In this document: positions 13,762 to 21,605 of the stretch, piece by piece
Numbering within the stretch: position 1 is the stretch's first letter
Layout: every line of letters starts with the position of its first letter
DNA from: Candidatus Shapirobacteria bacterium
GTDB taxonomy: Bacteria; Patescibacteriota; Microgenomatia; UBA12405
NCBI GenBank assembly: GCA_018062705.1
Contig: JAGORQ010000005.1
Coordinates: 1 to 50,275, forward strand
DNA: 50,275 nucleotides
Direction of reading: 5' to 3'
Translations under genes and position numbers: made by a program
The notes under the pieces: generated by a model
Database searches by the model: none
What the model was told of the DNA's origin: nothing
The model's input: only the letters and a program-made list of their open reading frames with translations

Positions 13762-16401
13762 TTAGTTGGCTGATGAGCTATTTAATTGAATAAAGTTTTG
13801 CGTCCAGATAGACCGGTCGTAGATCGTGACCTTCGAGTCGCAGTCAAAGTCTGATAACCATACTTTGCTCATTGTCTCGGCTCCTCTGTCAGTTGTATAT
13901 TCCTTGGTCCACAAACTTCGATCATCAATGTCTACCATGCCATCACAGTTGGCATCTCCCTTAGTTTTGTTCAAGAATGGTGGTTTAACTACTCCACCAC
14001 AGCTAGTTGCTTCTGCACCAGTAGCCAGTACGTAGCCATTACCTTGGAAGTAGGAACTAAACCATTTGTAATCGCCATTATTGACATAACATTTGAAATC
14101 ACTTGGACACATGGTGCACATCGAAGGAGAAATGGTAATTGACGGCCTAGTAGCCATTGTTGGAGTTGCTGGCACATCAGTTGGATTAGATCCACCACCA
14201 GAAGTAGGTTTGGCAGTCGGCGTAGCAACAGGACAGTTACCAATTAATCCTAATATACATATGCCACCGCTTGTTGGCGTAGCCGTTGGCTTTATTAATG
14301 TTGGAGTTGCTGTTGGCACTCGAGTTGGACTGGGCGTTGAAGTGCCGGAACCATCAGGTACACACCTAAATCCAGATGAATCACAGCTGTACCCCGTCGC
14401 ACAAGCTTGAGAACTAAAGCCAGTCCTGGCTAGATTACAAACATAAGCTGTGTCATTTTGGCATTTCTGATCAATTCCATTACACGCATCACCCAGCGCT
14501 GATGTAGGAATTGGAGCACCACAACACAGCAATGGTGCTACACATCCAGGTGTACAAAAAGAGCTATTAGCTGGCAATCTACCCTCAGCTGTACAACTGT
14601 ATCTACAAATACCTGTTACTCCTGGCATAACAGTTGGTGATGGAGCCAATTTTACCGACGGAGTTGCTGTTGGCTTAACTGGCGTTGGCGAATTACACGA
14701 TGTTCCATCAACAGTTTGACTACAATTACCAGTGTAAATATACTTTCCACCTACCAGTCCGCAATGACAAGGTTCAATAGTGGGAGTATAAGCAGTTGGT
14801 TTTGGAGTCAAGGTTGGAGTATTTGTTGGGACAGCTCCTAGTTTGCAGTTACAGTCACTAATTACTCCGGCAGTTCCTGCATGACAGGTACCAAAAATAT
14901 TACAGCTATCACCAATTTTCTTACCTGAACATACAGAGGCGATACCGCCACATAAATTAACTGGTGTCACTGTCGCTACTGGAGTAGTTGCTTTACATTC
15001 CCAAGCCAAAGTAGTCGTGTTACATGTCCAACCATAAATCATATTGGCAATTTGACAAGATGTTGTCGGATAAGTTGTTTGGGAACATTGTTTGGGGGTG
15101 GGTGTAGTAGGTGCGACACCACACATAGTTCCAGTGGAAAAACACACTGAAGCTGATACTGGATAAGATTTTCCACTGCAACACCCAGCAAAAGATACTG
15201 AACACACACCGTCTTTCATACATGGAATCGGCGTTACCGTCGCTACTGGAGTGGTTGCTTTACATTCCCAACCTAAAGTAGTTGTATTACAAGACCAACC
15301 ATAGATTGTGTTTCCAATTACACAGGAAGTTGTTGGATAAGTTGTTTGAGAACATTGACGAGGAGTGGGAGTGGTTTTTGGAATACAACAAGTAGAAGTG
15401 CTATTTGTGCCACAAGAATAAGCAACATTATTACTTGCATCCCCTAAATTACATAAACCATTACTACTACAATAACCAGGACAAAATGGCTTATATGGTG
15501 TTGCGGTCGCCACAGGAGTTGTTGCTTTACATTCCCAACCTCCAGTTGTTCCATTACAAGACCATCCATAGATTGTGTTTCCAATTACACAGGAAGTTGT
15601 TGGATAAGTTGTTTGAGAACATTGACGAGGGATTGTTGTGGGTGTGGAAGCGGGATAAGTGTTAACAGGACAAATATTACTAAAGTAATTACATGTGTTT
15701 GTCGTAGGATTACAACAATAAATATTTAAATTAACAGTAGGAATTAGTGTATTCGTTGGTACCTTAGTCACAGTCGCTATAGGCGAAATTGGAAACGCAG
15801 TAATATCGCGACACAGTTGCCCTAAGACAGTAGAACCACAACCCGTCCCAGTATATCTTCCACTCGAGGCTTCACAAAAACAGGCTGGTGTCGGGATATT
15901 TGTTGGTTTAACTGAGGTACATTGAGCAAATCCCATTGGTGAAGGACAGGTAGCAACTCTCATCCATGTCCCAACCGCATCGTTTGGAGCACTACAACAA
16001 ATTGCTGGAAGTTGTGATCCAGTTGGTGAGGGTGAAGGTAACGACGAAGTAGTTGACGGACAAGTACCACCATTGACAGTGGCTATACATTTACCAGGAC
16101 AAATAGCATTGGTGCTGGCAGAACAATAGACACCACCAGCCATTGCAGTTGGTGTTGCTGTGGGTACAGCTGTTGCTGGCGCACTAGTTGGGTAATAACA
16201 AATAGTTGTTCCATTGGACGGATAACAAACCGAGGTACCTGCCGCTTTATTTCTAGTATCTTGATTCTGTTTAACCAATTGGGTTGCTACTGGCACCGCT
16301 ATTGCCATCAACAGTAGACCCAAAAGCAAAGGAATTTGAGCCAAACCTTTATTTTCACTGAAATTAAAATAATTCCTAAAATTCCGCAGTTTCTGGATCA
16401 T
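13762..16401 (-). CDS. very large cysteine-rich secreted modular protein with C-terminal dockerin
   Basis: 879 aa. TM anchor followed by LVKQNQDTRNKA. Recurrent Cys-rich modules are separated by PT linkers. The dockerin reads GDANCDGMVDIDDRSLW...SDFDCDSKVTIYDRSIW. Confidence 0.8.
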   Translation of the reverse strand: MIQKLRNFRNYFNFSENKGLAQIPLLLGLLLMAIAVPVATQLVKQNQDTRNKAAGTSVCYPSNGTTICYYPTSAPATAVPTATPTAMAGGVYCSASTNAICPGKCIATVNGGTCPSTTSSLPSPSPTGSQLPAICCSAPNDAVGTWMRVATCPSPMGFAQCTSVKPTNIPTPACFCEASSGRYTGTGCGSTVLGQLCRDITAFPISPIATVTKVPTNTLIPTVNLNIYCCNPTTNTCNYFSNICPVNTYPASTPTTIPRQCSQTTYPTTSCVIGNTIYGWSCNGTTGGWECKATTPVATATPYKPFCPGYCSSNGLCNLGDASNNVAYSCGTNSTSTCCIPKTTPTPRQCSQTTYPTTSCVIGNTIYGWSCNTTTLGWECKATTPVATVTPIPCMKDGVCSVSFAGCCSGKSYPVSASVCFSTGTMCGVAPTTPTPKQCSQTTYPTTSCQIANMIYGWTCNTTTLAWECKATTPVATVTPVNLCGGIASVCSGKKIGDSCNIFGTCHAGTAGVISDCNCKLGAVPTNTPTLTPKPTAYTPTIEPCHCGLVGGKYIYTGNCSQTVDGTSCNSPTPVKPTATPSVKLAPSPTVMPGVTGICRYSCTAEGRLPANSSFCTPGCVAPLLCCGAPIPTSALGDACNGIDQKCQNDTAYVCNLARTGFSSQACATGYSCDSSGFRCVPDGSGTSTPSPTRVPTATPTLIKPTATPTSGGICILGLIGNCPVATPTAKPTSGGGSNPTDVPATPTMATRPSITISPSMCTMCPSDFKCYVNNGDYKWFSSYFQGNGYVLATGAEATSCGGVVKPPFLNKTKGDANCDGMVDIDDRSLWTKEYTTDRGAETMSKVWLSDFDCDSKVTIYDRSIWTQNFIQLNSSSAN
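14830..15630 (-). repeat. 3 x 267-nt (89-aa) in-frame tandem units inside the Cys-rich gene
   Basis: The anchor sequence acattgacgagg / acattgtttggg occurs at 15619-15630, 15352-15363 and 15085-15096, exactly 267 nt apart. Each unit holds a conserved half, P[RK]QCSQTTYPTTSC.I.N.IYGW.CN.TT..WECKATTPVAT, plus a divergent Cys-rich half. Confidence 0.9.
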
Positions 16402-16526
16402 TTTGATGTAATTTGATTAAAATAGACCGAAATACTAATAAAAAAGTAAACCACTTCTACTCTATCGGGTCAATATATCAACTGTGAAAGACCTACTCCT
16501 TCCTCCAAGTATTTATTCAAAAAAAA

Positions 16527-17114
16527 TTAGAAAATTAAGTTTTTAATTACCAATCTTACCAACATCACTCCCCCATTTATCACCAACTTTAGATCATAAA
16601 ACCAATTTTTATTTTTTACATATTCCAAATCACTCTGCATCCATTGGGCAAAACTCAGTTTATGGTAACCCATAAATATCCATGGACTAATAATTCCTGG
16701 ATTTACTTTTTCTCTATTTTTATATACCTCTTTTATTTTATTTTCTTCCGCCACTGGCAACGGCCGTGGCCCCACCAAGCTCATCTCTCCTCTGACTATA
16801 TTAAATAATTGCAACAACTCATCCAATCCACTATGAAACAAAAACCCACCAAACTTAGTTAATCGCGGATCATTATATATTTTAAACACTGGCCCATCTG
16901 CCTCGTTTAGCTTCCTCAACTTTTCCTGCTCCCTATCCGCCCCAAATCTCATCGATCTAAACTTATACAACCAAAACTTTTTACCATTCATTCCCACTCT
17001 TTGCTCGGCATACCAAAACGGCCAGCCACTAGTTAACACAATTAATACTGACAAAATCACCAAAACTGGCGATAATACTATTATCAAAACCAAAGCCGTT
17101 AATCTCTCTATCAT
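16527..17114 (-). CDS. polyprenyl-phosphate sugar phosphotransferase (bacterial sugar transferase family, small monotopic type)
   Basis: WPFWYAEQRVGMNGKKFWLYKFRSM...ADGPVFKIYNDPRLTKFGGFL...LDELLQLFNIVRGEMSLVGPRPLP. Confidence 0.9.
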   Translation of the reverse strand: MIERLTALVLIIVLSPVLVILSVLIVLTSGWPFWYAEQRVGMNGKKFWLYKFRSMRFGADREQEKLRKLNEADGPVFKIYNDPRLTKFGGFLFHSGLDELLQLFNIVRGEMSLVGPRPLPVAEENKIKEVYKNREKVNPGIISPWIFMGYHKLSFAQWMQSDLEYVKNKNWFYDLKLVINGGVMLVRLVIKNLIF

Positions 17115-17331
17115 TGTTTTTCTAATTTATCTTCTTATCTTACCAACCTTTGGTGTCGGTATCGACTTCCAAGAATCTCTTATTTTTTACTCTCTGCCAT
17201 CAATCATTTTTTTTAATTTATTTATCGATAAAACTCAACTAAAAAATTTCCTTAATGCTACCGGCATACTCATATTTTCCAGTCTCATAATTCTATCAAT
17301 CATCTCCACCATTTTTTCTCTCAACATTGGC

Positions 17332-18927
17332 ATGTCCTACTACTTTATGTGGAGTTTTATCGTCGTTATTCTAATAGTCAATTTAGCCAATGTTTACCTC
17401 GACGACTTCAGCCAACTTTACCAACAAATAATCTATATCAGTCTAGCTTATTCAACAGTATTTTTAATCCAAAAATTTGGTTTGATTCACCTCTCAGTCA
17501 AATCTTATGGTGATAATTTTATCTCCCAAATTTGGGGTCATAGCTACCTTGGCAACTTCCTTATTTTCCCTATAATTATTTTGTTATCAAGGCTAAAACA
17601 AGCAAAACCAAAGAACTACCTATTATTAGCTTTTTTTATTCTTGCTCTTTTACTCACCAACTCCCGCTCGGCTTTTGTTGGGTTAATAATTGGCACTTTT
17701 TTTATTCAGTTTCCCTTTAAAAAAACTTTTTATCTTGTAAGTCTGAGTTGTCTTGCCTGGCTACTCTACCAGTCAAACATTCCTGGTCAAAACTACAAAA
17801 ATCTCTCTGGCTCTCGACCTCAATATTTTCACCAAGCCATGATTGGATTCCGTCAAGCTCCGCTTTTTGGCAACGGCCCCAACACTTTTGACATTATTAA
17901 TCGCCAACACCTCCAATATGGTGAAACCGGCGCCAACACCTCCCACAACTCAGTTCTAGACTTTCTCACCAACAATGGCCTTATTTTTACCTCCATTATA
18001 GTTTTTTTGGTAATCTCTGGTTTAGTTTTTCAATTCAATCACCACCGTTTACTTTTTTGTCTAGGGTTGGCTAGTTTCAGTAGTTCCCTTATTGACTCTT
18101 TTTGGTCAAACTTTGGCTTACTTAGCCTTAGTTTAATTTTTATTTTGTACCAACACCCACTACTATATTCCCCGATTTTAAAACCAAAAACCAAATCGAC
18201 TATGTTTTTATTTTGCCTTTCGGTTATCTTATTTTTATTTTTTCTCTCCAAAACAATTTCTGATTTTTTATTTTTTAGTGGGAATTATTCCACTAGTCTC
18301 AAGTTTGACCCTTTTAATCTCAATTCCCGGTTAATCTCGATCAACTCCAACCTACCCACCACACTAAAGCTTTTCAAAAACGAATCAACTGTTTATCAAA
18401 AACTAATTGGTCAAAACCCCACTTCTAGTACAACCCCCTATTTTCTCAAATTAATTTCCCTTGATCCTCAAAATAATTTACCTATTTTTTTAAAATTAAA
18501 CCAGTACGCCACAGCTACCAAAAATATTGAAGTATTCCACCGATTGGACAATTTAAATTTACCCCTCGATCCAACCCGAATCCCCGAGTACTATTCCGTC
18601 CAACTTTCAATCAACTATTATAATTTTGCTGTTTTCCTCTGGGAACAAAAACAATTCACCGAATCTATCGACTTTTTAATCAAGGCCACAAAATTTTCAC
18701 CAGATTATAGTAATTTCCAAGTAACACTCGCCAACGCCTATTGGCACAACAACCAAAAAGATTTAGCTTTTGCTACGCTCGAAAAATGCTCGCTATCACC
18801 TTCATCTCACAGCCACTGTTCTACCTATTTAAAAGACCACCTGTCACTTGATTATGAATTACCAAACGATCCGGTCTGGATTCAGGCAAGTAATTCAATC
18901 CCAATTCCCCCGGAGCAAAAACCATAA
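17332..18927 (+). CDS. O-antigen ligase/polymerase (Wzy_C)-like membrane protein with C-terminal TPR-like region
   Basis: Multi-TM. LLTNSRSAFVGLIIG...NGPNTFD...TSHNSVLDFLTNNGL. The same frame stays open and TM-like upstream to at least 17083 without ATG/GTG/TTG, so the true N-terminus is uncertain. Confidence 0.75.
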   Translation: MSYYFMWSFIVVILIVNLANVYLDDFSQLYQQIIYISLAYSTVFLIQKFGLIHLSVKSYGDNFISQIWGHSYLGNFLIFPIIILLSRLKQAKPKNYLLLAFFILALLLTNSRSAFVGLIIGTFFIQFPFKKTFYLVSLSCLAWLLYQSNIPGQNYKNLSGSRPQYFHQAMIGFRQAPLFGNGPNTFDIINRQHLQYGETGANTSHNSVLDFLTNNGLIFTSIIVFLVISGLVFQFNHHRLLFCLGLASFSSSLIDSFWSNFGLLSLSLIFILYQHPLLYSPILKPKTKSTMFLFCLSVILFLFFLSKTISDFLFFSGNYSTSLKFDPFNLNSRLISINSNLPTTLKLFKNESTVYQKLIGQNPTSSTTPYFLKLISLDPQNNLPIFLKLNQYATATKNIEVFHRLDNLNLPLDPTRIPEYYSVQLSINYYNFAVFLWEQKQFTESIDFLIKATKFSPDYSNFQVTLANAYWHNNQKDLAFATLEKCSLSPSSHSHCSTYLKDHLSLDYELPNDPVWIQASNSIPIPPEQKP

Positions 18928-19596
18928 ATTTTTCCAATATCTCCCAGCTAATCTTTTGGGTTCTGTCATCAGCCGATACAACCACTCCCCTCCTCTATCT
19001 CTCAACCACCTAGGACACTGTTTTTTATTTCCACTCAAAAAATCAAACGCCGCCCCCACCGTTACAATCATTTTTTTTACTTTTCTCTTTTTCAACTCGT
19101 ATCCTGTTTCCACTTGTTTTTTTGCCCCCAGACCCAACCAGACTATTTCTGCTTTTGATTTTTTGACAATTTCTGCCAACTCATCATAATCCTTGGTCTC
19201 AAACTCATCCTTCATCGGCATCACCACATAATCACCATGTTTAAGGAAAAATTTTCGATTCTTCTCATCCCCAACGAATAGATGTTTTATCTCCCTTGTT
19301 AAAGGGAGGTCGCGCGAAGCGCGGGAGGGATTTAAATCCTTGGAATTAGTAAATTTTTCCATCAGCTCGGGGCCATACACCCGACTCCCCTTACCTGTTC
19401 TCAACCTATTCAACCACACCAACGGCATCCCATCGGTTGTCAACAAATCTGCACTCGATAACTTTTTGGCAAACTCACTATCTTCTTTGGCCATCATCAG
19501 TTCGTTTGTCGTACAGCAAAAAACCAATCCATTATCGTGAGATCTAACCCAGTCAACCGTCTCTATCAAACTCAGATTACTTAACTTCAACCTCAT
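18895..19596 (-). CDS. WecB/TagA/CpsF-family (GT26) glycosyltransferase
   Basis: LLTTDGMPLVWLNRL...IVWLGLGAKKQ...TVGAAFDFLSGNKKQCPRWLRDRGGEWLYRLMTEPKRL. I place the start at M81 of the track ORF (ATG 19596). The upstream part of the track ORF overlaps the divergent GT2 gene. Confidence 0.85.
   Translation of the reverse strand: MRLKLSNLSLIETVDWVRSHDNGLVFCCTTNELMMAKEDSEFAKKLSSADLLTTDGMPLVWLNRLRTGKGSRVYGPELMEKFTNSKDLNPSRASRDLPLTREIKHLFVGDEKNRKFFLKHGDYVVMPMKDEFETKDYDELAEIVKKSKAEIVWLGLGAKKQVETGYELKKRKVKKMIVTVGAAFDFLSGNKKQCPRWLRDRGGEWLYRLMTEPKRLAGRYWKNLWFLLRGNWD
19291..19339 (-). repeat. GC-rich palindromic element inserted in-frame in the GT26 gene
   Basis: The minus strand reads GGATTTAAATCC CTCC CGCGC-TTC-GCGCG A CCTCCCTT-TAAC-AAGGGAG. 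It is translated as DLNPSRASRDLPLTRE. Same architecture as 6286-6331 and 34570-34615. Confidence 0.75.
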
Positions 19597-19601
19597 GCCC
19601 T

Positions 19602-19607
19602 TATAAT
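19602..19607 (+). promoter_or_regulatory. -10 box (TATAAT) in an 18-bp divergent spacer
   Basis: The spacer 19597-19614 is gcccTTATAATAccaatt. TATAAT lies 7 nt before the GTG at 19615. On the other strand TATTAT lies 6 nt before the ATG at 19596. Confidence 0.5.
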
Positions 19608-19614
19608 ACCAATT

Positions 19615-20409
19615 GTGCCACCCAAAATTACTATTGTTACTCCATCCTACAATCAGGGCAAGTTTCTTGAGAGGACAATTTTGTCTGTCATCAATCAAAA
19701 TTACCCCAACCTCGAATACATCCTTATCGATGGTGGTTCTACCGACAATAGCCTCCAAATTATCAAAAAATATCAAAAATATTTTACTTATTATCAAATA
19801 AAAAAAGATCACGGCCAATCCGATGCCATCCAGCAAGGGTTTGATCGCTCAACCGGCAAAATTATGGGTTGGCTCAATTCCGACGACATCCTTCTACCTG
19901 GCTCACTCCAACTAATCGGCCAATTATTTTCCCAAAATAAACAGCTAAACTGGCTTACCTCCCAATCATTTATCATCAACGACTCCGACCATATCGTCCG
20001 TACAGGTATCCAATTTGGCAAGTCACGTTTCTTTGCTCGACTTGGTTTTTATCATGGTAAATTTTTAGGTTTTATTCCCCAAGAGGGCACATTTTGGACC
20101 AGAAAACTTTGGCTCAAGTCAGGTGCCACAGTTCCTCAAAAAAATCAGGTTATGGATTTTCGTCTTTGGCAAAAATTTGCCATATATTCACCCTTAGTCA
20201 ACCTCGAAGCACCCCTAGCCGCTTTCCGCCTTCAACCCAATCAAAAAACTTCCTCCCACACCGAGTACTATCGTGAGATCAATCCGCTTTTGGTTTACCT
20301 ACCATACTTGTTCCGATTGGTCGGCAGAATTTACGCGCCAATCTCTCGTCTAATTTACCCTCGAATTTACTTTAGCCGTCCCCAAAACAAATGGATTTTT
20401 AAATTATGA
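19615..20409 (+). CDS. family 2 glycosyltransferase
   Basis: ITIVTPSYNQGKFLERTILSVINQNYPNLEYILIDGGSTD...WLNSDD. Confidence 0.9.
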   Translation: MPPKITIVTPSYNQGKFLERTILSVINQNYPNLEYILIDGGSTDNSLQIIKKYQKYFTYYQIKKDHGQSDAIQQGFDRSTGKIMGWLNSDDILLPGSLQLIGQLFSQNKQLNWLTSQSFIINDSDHIVRTGIQFGKSRFFARLGFYHGKFLGFIPQEGTFWTRKLWLKSGATVPQKNQVMDFRLWQKFAIYSPLVNLEAPLAAFRLQPNQKTSSHTEYYREINPLLVYLPYLFRLVGRIYAPISRLIYPRIYFSRPQNKWIFKL

Positions 20410-21605
20410 CAGTTGGTTTTTTTCTCCTCCACTACCCAGTCTTTTCCGAAACATTTGTCAGCAAAGAATTGCTAACTCTCCAAAGCCTCGGAGTAGATGG
20501 TGTCATCGTTTGCGAACAGAAAAATATAAAACCACCTTTTCATCCCCACATTACCCAAATCAAATTTCCCATAATCGAAATTTATCAAAAAATCTTTTCT
20601 AATAAATTTGTTCCCATAATTTTTGCCCATCTCTACTGGCTTTTCAAAAATCCAATCGGTTATCTAAAATCTTTTATTATATTTATTAAGTTTTTAAATT
20701 TTCACCACCTCCGCGTCTTTATTAAATCTGCCTATCTTGCTAAGCAACTGAGCCCTAAGCACTTAGCACTAATCTATGTTCACGAGGTTGACAGCCCCTG
20801 TCTTTATGGCCTAATTTGCAGTCGTCTCCTCAACATCCCTTGTGGCATTATTTTCCATACTCAATACCTTTTGGCCCAAAATCAATTTCTCAAACAAAAA
20901 ATAAGCTATGCCAATTTCACTATTTTTCAATCCATTTATTCCCAACAAATTGCTGGTAATCCCGCCAAATCGTTTGTTGTCTCCACTCCCGGTATCGATA
21001 CTGATTTATTTAAACCTGTCCAAAATTTTACTTTTCCAAAACAAGTTAAGCTGTTAACTATCGGCCGGCTCGAAGAAGCCAAAGGCTATATTCACCTACT
21101 TTCAGCCGTCAAAATCTTGTCCAAAAATTATCCCGACATTTTATTAACCATCATTGGCGACGGTTCCCTCAAACCTCAGTTTGAAAAATATATAATCGAC
21201 AACAAACTCCAAAAAAACATTAAACTACTTGGTTTTGTTCCCCACGGTCCAGAACTCCTAAAAATTATTCATCAGCATCAATATTTTATTCTCCCTTCAA
21301 TCGTCGATTCTCAAAAAGTCCATGATGTCCACCCCAACGTCGTCAAAGAAGCCATGGCTTGCGGTCTAATCACTATTACCAGCCAATTAGGAGGCATCAA
21401 CGAAATCATTCAGAACAAATTTAATGGTTTTATTATCAATCGAATCAACGCCAAAAATATCGCCAAAAAAATTTCCCAAATCCACCACCTTTCTCGAATT
21501 AAAAAAACAAATATATCTCACCAAGCCCGCCTCGAAATTCTCCATAATCACCAACAACAAAAAGTTTGCCAGAAATTAATCAATGTCTTTTTTAGATTTC
21601 TTTAA
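20406..21605 (+). CDS. family 4 (GT-B) glycosyltransferase
   Basis: LLTIGRLEEAKGY...LLGFVP...FILPS...KEAMACGLITITSQLGGINEII.NKFNGFII. 4-nt overlap with the GT2 gene. Confidence 0.85.
   Translation: MTVGFFLLHYPVFSETFVSKELLTLQSLGVDGVIVCEQKNIKPPFHPHITQIKFPIIEIYQKIFSNKFVPIIFAHLYWLFKNPIGYLKSFIIFIKFLNFHHLRVFIKSAYLAKQLSPKHLALIYVHEVDSPCLYGLICSRLLNIPCGIIFHTQYLLAQNQFLKQKISYANFTIFQSIYSQQIAGNPAKSFVVSTPGIDTDLFKPVQNFTFPKQVKLLTIGRLEEAKGYIHLLSAVKILSKNYPDILLTIIGDGSLKPQFEKYIIDNKLQKNIKLLGFVPHGPELLKIIHQHQYFILPSIVDSQKVHDVHPNVVKEAMACGLITITSQLGGINEIIQNKFNGFIINRINAKNIAKKISQIHHLSRIKKTNISHQARLEILHNHQQQKVCQKLINVFFRFL

Noticed and set aside
19597-19836. The N-terminal 80 codons of track ORF 18895-19836
   Set aside because: GT26 homology begins after the internal Met (19596). 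The extension runs antisense through the divergent GT2 gene and across its promoter.
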